Numbered from the whole stretch's first letter, positions 12,690 to 26,509 are shown. The stretch is DNA of 62,954 nt, filler included, from Octopus bimaculoides (GCF_001194135.2; 5 parts of 5 records of this genome joined end to end with filler, not necessarily neighbours in it), one strand, 5' to 3'. Numbers and translations: made by a program. The notes: a model not told the origin generated them from the letters alone.

Positions 12690-12841
12690 AGCTATGGCCT
12701 ATCATAGAGTGTCCTTTGGTTTCACACCTATAAGGTATTTAGCAATATAGGTAACTCATCAGAGAGTTCGATGAGTTGCTTATATGGCTAAGTTCTTTAC
12801 AGGTGCAAAAACCAGTGGTCACTCTATGACCAGCCATAACT
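12690..12841. repeat. Imperfect palindrome: head-to-head pair of decayed hammerhead units
   Basis: About 70-nt arms. Minus arm: CTGATGA G..ACCTATA..TATAGGT GTGAAACCAAAGGAC. Plus arm: AGAGT TCGATGA..TACAGGTGCAAAAACCAGTG GTC ACTCT. The arms together imply an ancestral CGAAACC...GGTC. Confidence 0.7.
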
Positions 12842-13514
12842 ATTAGCTTCCTCAAAAGTACATTACTGTTCTAATGCTTTATAGTGTGCTTATATATATG
12901 AACACCTGACAATATATATATCAACTTTAAATAGAGCTCAAAACTGATCCATTGAAAATACTTTATAATAATAATAATAATAATAATGAAATTGAGCTAT
13001 GAACTGTGAGTATTTTGCTAAGATTGTTAACAGATACTATATTTGCCAAATTTTTGGTGTAAAACAATATATTTAAACACACACATATATATATGTGTGT
13101 GTGTGAGTTTGTGTGTGTGTGTGTGTGTATGTGTATGTATAGGTACATGGCTGCGTAGTAAAGGATTCAGTAACATCATGTGACACCTTGGGTAAGAATC
13201 TTTTACTACAGTACCCAGATTTGGTAACACAGGAAGTGAGATGGGAGAAGAGGATGCCAATAGAATCCAGGAGGTAGTCTAGCAGGGCCAAGAGGGAAAT
13301 GGACAACATGGGAAGGTGCTCCTCAATGAAGTCCCGCTGGAATCGCATACGGAATATGACTCTCACATGCACACACATACGCATGCATGCACACACGCAC
13401 ACACACATACACACATGCAAGTTTTCTCTTTCACACATATTCTCTCCGACACATAAACACATGCTATCATAGGTGTACGCACATATTTTCACACTTACAT
13501 ATAGACACACATGC

Positions 13515-13546
<32 letters not shown>

Positions 13547-13788
13547 TATCTCTCTCTCTTTCTCTCTCTCTTTCTCTCATGCACACAGACCTACCCACAC
13601 ATATATATTGGATTTCAACGATACTACTGCCTACCTAATTCTCTCGCAAAAAAAAGTTGGTCAGTCCAAGGCTATATATTTTATCATTTTATCTTTTACT
13701 TGCTTTAATCACTAGACAGCAGTCATGCTGGGGCACCTCCTTAAAGTGTTTTAACTAAAGGGATTGACCCCAGTGCTTCTTTTTTTAG

Positions 13789-13995
13789 CCCTTTAGCATT
13801 CAGATTATGCTATGAAGTGTAAATCATTTATTCCCATCATTTTGAATTAATCATTCATTGTCTCATAACTTTGTTATTTTGATGAAGTGATTGTTTATTT
13901 TTAGAACGACATTGTAAGGGGGAAATATGGGTCAGTTTGGGCATGAAACAGGTAGAATGTTTGAGCCAGATATAGTCAGTTTAAATGCTAAAATG
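13789..13995 (+). mobile_element. piggyBac-like MITE, decayed
   Basis: CCCTTTAGCATTCAG...AAATGCTAAAATG|TTAA; same family as 17486-17701. Confidence 0.7.
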
Positions 13996-14111
13996 TTAAA
14001 GCCTGGTTCTTATTCTATTGATCTCTTTTTGCTGAATCACTAAGTTACAAGGGTTATAAACAAGCCACCAACACCAGTTGTTGAATGTTGATGGAGAACA
14101 AACACAAACAA

Positions 14112-14161
<50 letters not shown>

Positions 14162-14448
14162 GATATTCACATACATATATATTTTTCTGTCTATTAAATC
14201 TACTCACAAGGCTTTGGTCGGCCCAGTACTATAGTTGAAGACACTTGTTCAAGGTGCCATGCACTGGGACTAAACCTGGAACCATGTGGTTGCCCAGAGT
14301 GCTGCAGAGTGGGATCAAACCTGAAACCAGCTAGTTGCAAAGCGAACTTCTTAACCACTCAACTATGCCTGTTCCTTTGAAGGCAGGTGACATAATAAGT
14401 TTGATATTTGGTCTCATGATCAGTAGGTCAGGAGTTTGATTATATATA

Positions 14449-14837
14449 TAGGGTGTTCAAAAGGCTCTCCACAGCGAATTTTTTGGTGAACAGATAATTT
14501 CGAAGGGATTTTGGCCACCAAGATCACCTGATTTAACATTGCCAGACTTTCTTTTCTGGGGAGCAAGTAAAGGATCAGTGTGCAAGAATCTCCTGAAAAC
14601 CATTAATGAGCTAAAAGATGCAATCATGACCTTCACATGTCAGACTCTCCAAGATGCATTTCAAAACATGTGTAGAAGAGTCAACTTATGTATTGAAAAT
14701 GAAGGACAACACTTTCAACACCTCTTTTAAAGTTTTTAAAAGTCTTGTAAAGTCTAATGTATTCTTTTGTAGTCTTATATCGTCTTATAAATATTTATTT
14801 TGCAATAAAATATCTACTTTGGAAAGACTTTTTGAAC
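14449..14837 (+). mobile_element. Internally deleted Tc1/maT-type DNA transposon
   Basis: Left TIR TAGGGTGTTCAAAAGGCTCTCC matches the right end GGAAAGACTTTTTGAAC (runs into gap); encodes transposase C-terminus WPPRSPDLTLPDFLFWG...CIENEGQHFQHLF*. Confidence 0.85.
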
Positions 14838-16140
14838 NNNNNNNNNNNNNNNNNNNNNNNNNNNNNNNNNNNNNNNNNNNNNNNNNNNNNNNNNNNNNNN
14901 NNNNNNNNNNNNNNNNNNNNNNNNNNNNNNNNNNNNNNNNNNNNNNNNNNNNNNNNNNNNNNNNNNNNNNNNNNNNNNNNNNNNNNNNNNNNNNNNNNNN
15001 NNNNNNNNNNNNNNNNNNNNNNNNNNNNNNNNNNNNNNNNNNNNNNNNNNNNNNNNNNNNNNNNNNNNNNNNNNNNNNNNNNNNNNNNNNNNNNNNNNNN
15101 NNNNNNNNNNNNNNNNNNNNNNNNNNNNNNNNNNNNNNNNNNNNNNNNNNNNNNNNNNNNNNNNNNNNNNNNNNNNNNNNNNNNNNNNNNNNNNNNNNNN
15201 NNNNNNNNNNNNNNNNNNNNNNNNNNNNNNNNNNNNNNNNNNNNNNNNNNNNNNNNNNNNNNNNNNNNNNNNNNNNNNNNNNNNNNNNNNNNNNNNNNNN
15301 NNNNNNNNNNNNNNNNNNNNNNNNNNNNNNNNNNNNNNNNNNNNNNNNNNNNNNNNNNNNNNNNNNNNNNNNNNNNNNNNNNNNNNNNNNNNNNNNNNNN
15401 NNNNNNNNNNNNNNNNNNNNNNNNNNNNNNNNNNNNNNNNNNNNNNNNNNNNNNNNNNNNNNNNNNNNNNNNNNNNNNNNNNNNNNNNNNNNNNNNNNNN
15501 NNNNNNNNNNNNNNNNNNNNNNNNNNNNNNNNNNNNNNNNNNNNNNNNNNNNNNNNNNNNNNNNNNNNNNNNNNNNNNNNNNNNNNNNNNNNNNNNNNNN
15601 NNNNNNNNNNNNNNNNNNNNNNNNNNNNNNNNNNNNNNNNNNNNNNNNNNNNNNNNNNNNNNNNNNNNNNNNNNNNNNNNNNNNNNNNNNNNNNNNNNNN
15701 NNNNNNNNNNNNNNNNNNNNNNNNNNNNNNNTTTTATTTATTTATTTATTTTGCTACCATAATTATCAAAACTGGAGACAGTGTAACCCCAAAATAATCT
15801 TGCACTATCAAATCATTTATTTATTTATTGACGGTGGTGGTCGTGGCAAGAGGAGGCGATGGTGGGGGGGGGTCAATGTTTTATCATGCGGTCTTCTTGA
15901 TGGTAGAAGGAAAATGTGTGACTGTTTTAAAACTATTTAAATGACGTCACACACCAGACTACACTCTTTCCCTTCCTCACTTCTTTTCTTGTTTTCCTTC
16001 CTTCCTTCCTTCCTTCCTTCCTTCCTTTTTTCCTTCCTTCCTTCCTTCCTTCCCTTATTTTTTTCCTCCCCTTTATATTCTTCTATTTCTTTACTTTCTT
16101 ATGCATGTGCATGTGTGCTTTAGTTTTTGTGTGTGCTCTT

Positions 16141-16172
<32 letters not shown>

Positions 16173-16246
16173 CTTACCTCTGTGTGTGTGTGTGTTTATG
16201 TGTTTGTGCACGTTTATTTGTGTGTGTATGTGTTTGTGCACATTTA

Positions 16247-16277
<31 letters not shown>

Positions 16278-16744
16278 TCTTACTTGTGTGTGTGTGTGTG
16301 TGTTTATGTGTGTGCACACGTTTATTTGTGTGTGTGTGTGTATTTATATGTGTATGCCTGTTCATGTATGCTTGTGTGTATGTATATGTGTGTATATGTC
16401 TGCTTAAATGAGTGTGTGTTATGTATGTGTAAACATGCATGTGTGCATGTGTGTGTGTGTGTTTATGTGTGTGTGTGTATGTTGCATGTGTATGTGTGTG
16501 TATGTATGTGTGTGTAAGTGTGTCCATGTGCATGATTGATTGTTAATTCAGAAAACAGGAGTTATATCTATTGTAAAAAAAAAAAATAAAGAATATACTG
16601 ATTCACCTCCCCACCTCCACCGTCGTTTCTTCAATGTTGTTAAATTGTTTATTTCAGTAGATGAGGTGTCATAACATTAAAATGACTAACTGGGAAAGTA
16701 AGCCTGTCCTGGCCTGGCCTGGCTCTCCATTGTTTATGATGACA

Positions 16745-17035
16745 TGTATTCCAGTTGATCCGGTCAACAGAACAGCCTGTTTCTGAAACTAACATCCAAG
16801 TGGCTGAGGACTCCACAGACACTTGTACTCTTAATGTAGTTCTCAGGAAGATTCAGAATGTGACAACGTTGGCCCTTTGTATTGCAGGTACTACTCATAT
16901 TTGCCAGTTGAGTTGACAGGAAGAATGGGAAATAAAGTGTCTTGCTGAAGGACACAATGTGTTGTCAGGAATCAAACTAATGATCTTATGAATGTGAGCT
17001 GAATTACCAAGTCATTAAGCCACATGCCTTCCCAG
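16745..17035 (-). mobile_element. SINE family C
   Basis: Reverse complement of the 285-790 body, without the MITE. Confidence 0.7.
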
Positions 17036-17294
17036 TTGGTGCATGGCTTAATGGTGCCTTCCCTGTAGAAAGAACATTGGATAAAATGCCTCTGTGTATA
17101 TGTTTCAGCTCTCATTACCATGAGTTCAAATCCTATCAAGGTCAACTTTGCCATTCACTCTTTCAGGATCAATAGCAAACAATAGATCAATCCATGGTCA
17201 TGGACTGGCAGAATTGATGAGATTCCTTGTGGTATGTGGTTCAAGGTCTGACCTGTCATAGATATAATTAAAAATATGTAAGTATGATTATCTA

Positions 17295-17727
17295 CAAGTG
17301 GGTACTGGAAAGTTCCTTGGCTTTGGGTGAAAGAAAATACTGGAGGATCATTTAATTATGATTTTATTCAACATATTCTCCTCTCAGATTCATACACTTA
17401 TTGCAGTGGTCCTTCAGTTTTTCTAAGCCCTATAAAAGAACCTAGAAGATTGGGCCTCCAACCAGGCCTTTTGTGACATCGTTAACCCTTTAGCATTCAG
17501 ATTTCTCTGTCAAATATAATGCTTATTTATTGACATTGATATGAACTAGTCATGCCTTACCTGTAGCTTTGAGAGTTCAATGTGATTGTCTAATTTTAGA
17601 ATAATATTGTAGGGTAAGTGTAAGATGCTGGATCTGGCCAGTTTAAAGATAAAACAGGTAGAATATTTTGGCCAGATATAGCCTGTTTAAATGCTAAAGG
17701 GTTAAAGAACTTTTCAGCATTCCCTTG
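17295..17727. mobile_element. Mariner-derived MITE interrupted by a TTAA MITE
   Basis: TA|CAAGTGGGTACTGGAAAGTTCC ... AGAACTTTTCAGCATTCCCTTG|TA imperfect TIRs. Confidence 0.6.
17486..17701 (+). mobile_element. piggyBac-like MITE, 216 bp
   Basis: TTAA|CCCTTTAGCATT ... AATGCTAAAGGG|TTAA: perfect 12-bp TIRs and TTAA target duplication. Confidence 0.85.
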
Positions 17728-18167
17728 TATGTACCTGAGATTATATTAGCTAATGTAGCAGCTAGCAACTAGTGGGCCTCGGTCCGACAGCTTGGTTCTG
17801 TGGGCCTTGCATCCTTTCTAAAAATTTTTCATTTTTAATGTAGTTGAAAGCCATTGAGCAGTTGACAGCCTTTTGAGATTGTCACAGGATTTGCTTCATT
17901 TTCTTCTAGATAAGCATTGGTAGTGATGGGGATGGGAGTGTACATAGGGATATTTTTTATATGTAAGACATGAGATATAATATACATAGAGGCCCCAATG
18001 GGCAAATGCAAGACAGACGAAAATCAAAAGTAAATTGTTTCTAAAAGAAGTTACTGAGGTCAAATCCTGTCAATACCAACTTTGTCTTTTATCCTTTCTG
18101 GATCAATAGATCAATAAAAGAAGTACCAATCCAGCTCTCTAAATTGGTACATTTTTTACTACTACTA

Positions 18168-18199
<32 letters not shown>

Positions 18200-18710
18200 A
18201 CTGCTACTACTACTACTACTACTACTACATCTGCAATTGCTGGTGATGGTGGAGGTGGCAGCAACTGTAGCAGCAGCAGCAACAACAGTTGTAATTGTAG
18301 TAGTAGTAGAGGTTGCTGTTGTTGTTATCGTTATTATTATCTTTGTTATAAGTTAACTCTAGATTAGCTCCTGATCCAGCAGACATAGGATCAATGATGT
18401 TCCATCTTTGGCCATCCTGCCTTTTATTCAGGCATGGTGTATCTAGGACTACATTATCAAACATGTTGTTGCTTGAGATGATAGTATTAGTAAGTGTGGT
18501 CTGAGAGAGATGCAGCTGCTGTTTCTAACAGGTCAAATAAAAGAGATTCCCTTCATGGCTCCAGTAATGAATAAAAAGTGTAGTGTATTATTTAATATAA
18601 CCTTTATTTGTGAACTTGCTCACACTTCCAGGTATCTCAGTCATAATTCTGTATAGAGCCCCACACAGAAACTTGATGGTTTTTAAATGAATACATTGTT
18701 GGTAAATATA

Positions 18711-19545
18711 CAGGGTATTAATAAAGTTTATTGTCTAAATGTACAGAACAATGTATCATTTATAAACACATAACTGTTTCATTTGGTGGTGGAAATAACA
18801 TTATCTNNNNNNNNNNNNNNNNNNNNNNNNNNNNNNNNNNNNNNNNNNNNNNNNNNNNNNNNNNNNNNNNNNNNNNNNNNNNNNNNNNNNNNNNNNNNNN
18901 NNNNNNNNNNNNNNNNNNNNNNNNNNNNNNNNNNNNNNNNNNNNNNNNNNNNNNNNNNNNNNNNNNNNNNNNNNNNNNNNNNNNNTCTTGCTGGTCAGAC
19001 AGTTGCATAATCTTCATTGAAACCATATCTGTTGTGTATTAATGCCACATCTATTCCATTTTGGTAAAAGGAAACTGTGCAACATTCATTATAACCATAA
19101 GCTGCCCTCTTCAAAGAAGTATAGGCTCATCACACCAAAGTTTCCTCACAACTCCAATCTATTACATATCTACATTGAAGAGGATACTCACTTAGTAGAC
19201 AGCTGTATGATCAATAACAAAAATTCTGCTTATTTATGCAACCAGACAAAGAAATACATTTTGTTATCTTTGAAAAGAACCATGTCCTCCTCTGTGCACA
19301 TTTCAAGCATGTTTTCTGCAAATATTTTCTGGCTTTTCTAATTGTATTGATTTTATTTCTTGTGCAATCATAATCTTGTATGGATAAAAACTTAAACCAA
19401 AATACAATATCCAATACATGCTACAATCTGAAATATTTAGTGCGACACTGTGCTTCAATGCAGTACAATGTAAGCAGTTCCTTTTAGCTCTCCTCCTTAT
19501 AACCCTGGACAGCTCACACATTTCCTGAAGGTGCTTTCCTCAACC
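18711..19545 (-). mobile_element. Decayed Tc1/maT-type transposon spanning a gap
   Basis: Fragments ALNISDCSMYWILYFGLSFYPYKIMIAQE, LSGCINKQNF and a WFQ..(DGAT)-like stretch; terminal ACCCTG|TA. Confidence 0.65.
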
Positions 19546-19574
19546 CTTTAACATTCAAATTACTCTATCAAATC

Positions 19575-19920
19575 ATCATCATCATCATTGTCGTTTAACG
19601 TCCGCTTTCCATGCTAGCATGGGTTGGACAATTTGACTGAGGACTGGTGAAACCAGATGGCTACACCAGGCTTCAATCTGATTTGGCAGAGTTTCTACAG
19701 CTGGATGCCCTTCCTAACGCCAACCACTCCGAGAGTGTAGTGGGTACTTTTACGTGCCACCGGCATGAAGGCCAGTCAGGCGGTACTGGCATCGGCCACC
19801 CTCAAAATGGTGTATTTTATGTGCCACCCGCACAAGTGCCAGTCCAGAGGCACTGGCGACGATCTCTCTCGAAAATTCTATGAAGGCCAGTCAGGCAGTA
19901 CTGGCAATGGCCACAATGCT
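19575..19920 (-). mobile_element. RTE-like 3' tail
   Basis: (CAT)n then TTTAACGTCCGCTTTCCATGCTAGCATGGGTTGGA...GGATGCCCTTCCTAACGCCAACC; very close to the 24405 copy. Confidence 0.8.
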
Positions 19921-21204
19921 TATTTACTCACTTTGTTGTGAATTAGTCATACCTTATCTGGTAGCTTTGAGATTTTGATGATGTGTTTGTTTATATTAGG
20001 AACAAGGCCTGATATGGCTGGTCTGTATATTAAAGGGTTAATACTGTACAGGTATTTTGTACATAAATGTATCATGTTTTGACTAGGCACTTTTCGATGA
20101 TGACCCACATTAAAATGCAAATGAAAATTTCACTGCATTTGTGTAACCAATGAGTCACTTAAAAAAACAACAACAAAAGAATGTCTTGATTATAAACGCA
20201 CTGTGTCACATATATTCCTTTGTTTCAAGATTCTGAACTGATTCTGTACTGTTCAACATTACCAAGCACATGAACATTCATTGCAGTCATCCAAACATTT
20301 TAAAAACCATCAGGTTTCTCTCCCTAACCTTGTACAATATGGATTCATGGATGACTTCAGAAAGTAAAATCCCATAAGCAAAATAAAAAAAAATAAAAGA
20401 CTTCCCCCTGACACAAAAAAAACCCCAAAAACATTTGATATTTGAGTCCACTGTGTACTATGTGTTGATAACTGTGCAATCAGAGGTTTACACTAAGAAT
20501 GATCTCTTGTTCCTCCTACCCCTCGTCTTCATCCTCTTCCTCCTCTCCTCCTCCTGCCCTCCACTCCCCCTCCACTCCCCTCCTCATCCACGGGTATTAC
20601 AAAATCTTTTCTCTTCTGTCCTCCTCCATGGGGGTTGCAGAATTTTTTCTTTTCTGCCATGATCTTCTCTAAGTAAAATAATGGTTGTACAGCAGTAAAT
20701 ACCACATCAGCACCACCAATTTTTGTACTTTAGAGACCTGCAATTATGTTGTGTACTTCCTTCTTGTGGCATTGCTGCTCATGCATCATTCATTGGTTGA
20801 GATGTACACCGAGATGACACCAAGGCTGTTGTGTCTTTCACCCCTATATATGCTTCAATCGACAAAAATTATCCAAGGCATTTAATGGACTTTCCTCATA
20901 ATGTCATTTTAACAATAGATTTATATCAAAACATTCCTACATTATCATCTGAGATGTTATGTCTGCTACTAAAATATCAACATCTGGTCCTCATTAACAA
21001 TGTCTCACCGTCTCTCTCTTGCTCTCTCTCTGTCACTCTCTGTATCTCTCCGTCTGTCTATCTGTCTGTCTACCTCTTTCACGCCAATTATGGAAAAGAA
21101 AACCAAGGTTATCTTAATTGTTTTTACACTGTATGTGCATATGTATGTGTGTGTGCATGTGAGCATATGTGTGTGTGTGTCTGTATGTTTGGAATGGGGG
21201 TTCA

Positions 21205-21355
21205 AATAGACCACTACTAATGTTAATGCACAAAATTAGACTAGTATACACATAGGAAATTACAGTGTTATTAATAACAAATTAGACCATTATTGGATGC
21301 ATCAAATTAGACCACCATTAATGTACTGAATTAGACCACCATTAATGCAGCAAAC
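21205..21355. repeat. Minisatellite, AAATTAGACCACCATTAATG-like units
   Basis: Five or six degenerate units of roughly 22-25 bp. Confidence 0.6.
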
Positions 21356-22699
21356 TGTTCTTCGGTGTTACTTAAGTCTGCATAATGTTCTGCCGTCACA
21401 GTCTCCCTTCCCACTCCTCCAGTCTGTATTCTTATAGAGCCACCATTTATTACTACATGCCAATCATCAATGAAAGTCAGGAAGAAATGTTCAGCCATTA
21501 TCTTATCTGTATGTTTAACAGCACAAGAAATGTAATATAATGTTGTCCGTATGCTTTGCAGAAATAGATTAACCCAGAAAGGTGTAATCGATGCTCATTA
21601 GGATTTCAAATGTCATAATAGCTACACTTCCGGCACTAAAGTAGCAGTTTGTAATTTAATGTGTCAAAGTCTCATAAAGTGGAATTTTGGAAGAACTAAA
21701 CTAAACCATCTAACTTTCCTTCTTTTCCAGCTCCTGCAACAAATTCATCCATTTACAACAGATATAGTTATCATTTTCCTTTCTTTTTTTCATAAATATA
21801 TTTTTATCTCTACATATAAAAGTGGAGTCCATCATTTAGTTAGCTTTCAGATAAGTATATTTTGAATTATCTTGGAATAGAAGAGTATTCAGACATGTTG
21901 GTTTGGCATTAATTACAATGGTGTTTATTCAATTCTTTTGTTATCTACTTTGTCTAGATTACTGAGAATTCTGCTTACAACTTTATGATTCTCTGGTATT
22001 ATGTTCAACATAAATATATTCTCTAAAAATGAATATACAAAACTGCGGAGTAAATTGCTTGAATTATATTTCAAACTGTGTGCCTATTAACAAATGTTGT
22101 CCTGTATAATAACTGGGTGTTCATCGTCATCATCATTTAACATCCACTTTTCTGTGATTGTAAGGGTCAGATAAAATTTGTTAAGATAGATATTTTATGG
22201 CTGGATGCCTTTCCTGTTGTCAACCCTCACTGGTTTCCAAGCAAGGTAGTATTTCACCTTGGCCAGACGTGCTTTTATGGTAAAGTAGAAACAAATAGCC
22301 TTGTTCATATGGAGATGATGCCCATTTACAACTATCGTATGACAACTTGACAAGGGTACACACAGACACAGAAACACACACATACACACACACACACACA
22401 CTACACATAAACATACACACATGCATGATGATGGGTTTCTTTCAATTTCCTACTCCCAAATCCTCAGACAAGGTTTTGGTCAGTCTGGGGCTATTGTAGA
22501 AGATACTACCCAAGGCAACATGCAGTGGGACTGAACCCAAGACCCCATAGTTGGGAAGCAAGCTTCTAAACCACACAACCACACCCGCATCTGCATCATG
22601 GACTATCAATGATAAACTACAGTTCAAGTGTTGAAGTAGAATGTAGGTTGTGCAACATTCCTCCTAGGTGTTCAGACAACAAAAGGAAATCAACAGATT

Positions 22700-22915
22700 T
22701 AAATGCATTTACCTGTTGTGTACTACAACACACTACAGTGACATCTGATCATAATTGAATGGTTTACTTATATTTATCTGTTATATTCACCTCACTGTTG
22801 ATTGGTTTATCTGTTGTATATAGCAATACACTACAGCGACATCTAATATATGTTGACTGGTTTACCTGCATTTACCTGTTGTATACACCACACTACAGTG
22901 ACATCTGATCACAGT
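22700..22915. repeat. Tandem repeat, three units
   Basis: TTTACCTGTTGT...CACTACAGYGACATCT recurs at ~22708, ~22806 and ~22871. Confidence 0.7.
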
Positions 22916-23437
22916 TGGAGCATTCAGCAGCAGCTATGTACTTTTCTGCATCTATCCACAAACACTTTGCTCATAGTCCCTCTAATAACAGTGAGAACAA
23001 CAATAAAATGAATAAACCAATTCACATATTTTTTAACGCTTTTTTAGGTAGCTACATCAAACATTAAATTGCTGGTGTGTGTTTCATTGCTCTATGGACT
23101 AATGCTAAAATATACAAATTGGTCTATCCAGTTTACTTCAACCTCAAACATTAACGGGTTTATAAGCAGTGTGTTCAATGATAGGTGGGTGATAGTACAC
23201 AGTTGGTGATAACTGTGTATCTTCACCTATCCATGAGAATTTCAACAAGAATCAAAACATGTATACACATGTTGTCTTTCTCTTTCTCTTTACTCTGTAA
23301 CATACAGAATTGGCTAAAAAGCCTTTAAGACATGTTTTTCAGTACATTGCAGTAATGAAACGAAACACTGTTTGTACAACATTAATTTAATGTTGGCCTT
23401 ATACATGTACAAGTACTTTCCTGTGTGTGTGTGTATG

Positions 23438-23475
<38 letters not shown>

Positions 23476-23663
23476 CTTTGTAATGTAACTCAATGCTTGA
23501 CATGACCATACAAAACAGGCCTCAATACTCAAAATTACATTCAACTCTCATTTTCTGATACTGCTCACTTAACAGTAGATAAAGCAGTGAATACATAGAT
23601 TTAGGGTATAAACATTGGAGAAGAACCTCATAAAGATGATGTATAATCAAATGATTACTTCAG

Positions 23664-23710
<47 letters not shown>

Positions 23711-23794
23711 TATATATATATGTGTGTGGTAGCTTTTAATTCTGGACTTAGACAACAAATCTCTTTAAATAAATACATATATATATATCTTTCT

Positions 23795-23830
<36 letters not shown>

Positions 23831-24404
23831 TTCGTTTTGGGATTTAACAGAATATATATATAGAGAGAGAAAGATATCAGACACCTCTAACTATATTATG
23901 TGTTGTGCCTTGCAGAGACAAACTATCCACTACAAAGACAGAAACAAAAGATTTGCTTCTCAGATCAACAAACACCATATTCAGGTATTCTCTGAGTTTC
24001 CTCAAATGTTTTCAAAATCAAACGAACACTGTTAGTTGCATTCACCAGCTTCAGTACTCCACCACCTTAAGGCCCAACTAACATTCATTATAGACAATGT
24101 CAATGGCAAGAATTATTGATTTTAGCTAAGGATGATGTAATACACTATCTTAACAGTAGAGTATTTTGTTGTAGACAAAATTTCTGCCTTTCTTCTTGTA
24201 AAAATCAAAATATGATTTTGCAAGGGAGTTGAGTAGTTCTGTATTGTCTAACTTTCCATTTTCTTTACCCTTACAGTAAGATACATGTGTACATACTCTC
24301 ACACACACACACATATATATGTGTATACATACCTGCACATATATGTTTGTGTTTGTATATATATATATAAGTACATATGTCTTTGTGTGTGTGTATATAT
24401 ATAT

Positions 24405-24451
<47 letters not shown>

Positions 24452-24835
24452 TTAACGTCCGCTAACCATGCTAGCATGGGTTGGACGATTTGACTGAGGA
24501 CTGGTGAAACCAGGTGGCTACACCAGGCTCCAATCTGATTTGGCAGAGTTTCTACAGATGGATGCCCTTCCTAACGCCAACCACTCCGAGAGTGTAGTGG
24601 ATGCTTTTACGTGCCACCGGCATGAAGGCCAGTCAGGCGGTACTGGCAACGGCCACACTCAAAATGGTGTATTTTATGTGCCACCTGCACAGGAGCCAGT
24701 CCAGCGGCACTGGCAACGATCTCGCTCGAATGACTTTTCACGTGCCACCGGCACAAGTACTAGTAACGATCACGCTCGAACGGTGCTTTTAGTGCTTCAC
24801 TGGTACAGGTGCCATCACAATTTCACTTTCGCTTG
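24405..24835 (-). mobile_element. RTE-like 3' tail, well preserved
   Basis: (CAT)n tail followed by the same body as 19575, with internal GTGCCACC repeats. Confidence 0.8.
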
Positions 24836-24878
<43 letters not shown>

Positions 24879-25424
24879 AAATACAAAGATGCCAATCTCT
24901 CCACTCTGAAGATGGAGTCTGGTTTTATGTTAATGTTTATATGCATCCATTACTGGCTGCATGTCTTTGACTTTTTGCACACTCCATCTGCTAATGGTAC
25001 AACTATTAGGTAATTCTGAGCCCCCAGAAACAGCAGTCCGACTTGAAATACCATGCCCTCTCCCCTCAGTTTTCTGTATCATTTGTACTCCATGTAAATT
25101 TGTTTTGTAAATAAATATTTATATGCTTATAACCGAATGTTCATCTTGTAAATATTTTTTGTTTTTGTTTAACTCTTCATATATCCCTACACATATATTT
25201 ACATATGTATATGCATGTATATTTTATATATCACATCCAAACATGTTTATTTGCCTTACTATCTCCATATCAGTTCATCTGGATTCCTATTATAGTCACT
25301 CTTTACCCTGCAGTTTTAGTCCTTGATAAAAGCTTTTGTTGTAGGTCTAAATCATTTGACCATTACTACATGTTTTCTATATTGAGTATTTCTGGATCTC
25401 ACCTGTTGGGTCTCTTCCTCTCTC

Positions 25425-25455
<31 letters not shown>

Positions 25456-26015
25456 NNNNNNNNNNNNNNNNNNNNNNNNNNNNNNNNNNNNNNNNNNNNN
25501 NNNNNNNNNNNNNNNNNNNNNNNNNNNNNNNNNNNNNNNNNNNNNNNNNNNNNNNNNNNNNNNNNNNNNNNNNNNNNNNNNNNNNNNNNNNNNNNNNNNN
25601 NNNNNNNNNNNNNNNNNNNNNNNNNNNNNNNNNNNNNNNNNNNNNNNNNNNNNNNNNNNNNNNNNNNNNNNNNNNNNNNNNNNNNNNNNNNNNNNNNNNN
25701 NNNNNNNNNNNNNNNNNNNNNNNNNNNNNNNNNNNNNNNNNNNNNNNNNNNNNNNNNNNNNNNNNNNNNNNNNNNNNNNNNNNNNNNNNNNNNNNNNNNN
25801 NNNNNNNNNNNNNNNNNNNNNNNNNNNNNNNNNNNNNNNNNNNNNNNNNNNNNNNNNNNNNNNNNNNNNNNNNNNNNNNNNNNNNNNNNNNNNNNNNNNN
25901 NNNNNNNNNNNNNNNNNNNNNNNNNNNNNNNNNNNNNNNNATATATATATATATATATATATACATATTTTTTTTTTTCTGAAATGTACAGTATTAAATA
26001 TCCATCACAGCTGGT

Positions 26016-26094
26016 CTTACCAATCGGTTTTGCATAAAGAATACAATGGAGTGTTAGGTAACAAACCAATTATATAACTTTACGCTCATCAGAG
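26016..26094 (-). ncRNA. Decayed hammerhead motif
   Basis: CTGATGA-GCGTAAAG...CTTTATGC-AAAA-CC GATT GG-TA; G12 lost by CpG decay and stem I eroded. Confidence 0.5.
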
Positions 26095-26509
26095 TTGCCT
26101 GATATGGAAGGGAATATGGTGACTGCTCTCTATTGTTGGATGTGGATTAGCACAACTGGTCAGCAGTTGCTGTGAAAAAGGGGCCAGAGGATTAAGTTCA
26201 GGAGTTATACTCATTGGCTGAGTATGCTGTGAAGCTAGCAAGAGTTATCTTGAAGTGGGGCAAGTGTGCATTATTGATATGGTGCTCTTGTGGGAATGGG
26301 GTATGTGGTATGTGTAGTGGTGTCATATGCATAATTTTTTCCAGGTGTGTAGGTGTATATAGCTGTGTTTGTTGGTCTGAAAGGATAAAGTCATAGGAGG
26401 AAGAGTTTATGTTAGCGTGCAGTGTTTAATGTGTGTGTGTGGTGGAGTCTTTGTATATGTGGGGGTACAATTTGTGGATATAACTGGCACTTTGTCAGTT
26501 AAAACAGTG

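Noticed and set aside
21711-21770. Strong acceptor TAACTTTCCTTCTTTTCCAG
   Set aside because: No convincing donor or recognisable peptide follows.
6421-22915. CRISPR-like reading of the tandem repeats at 6421, 21205 and 22700
   Set aside because: Eukaryotic DNA, degenerate units without unique spacers, and no cas genes.
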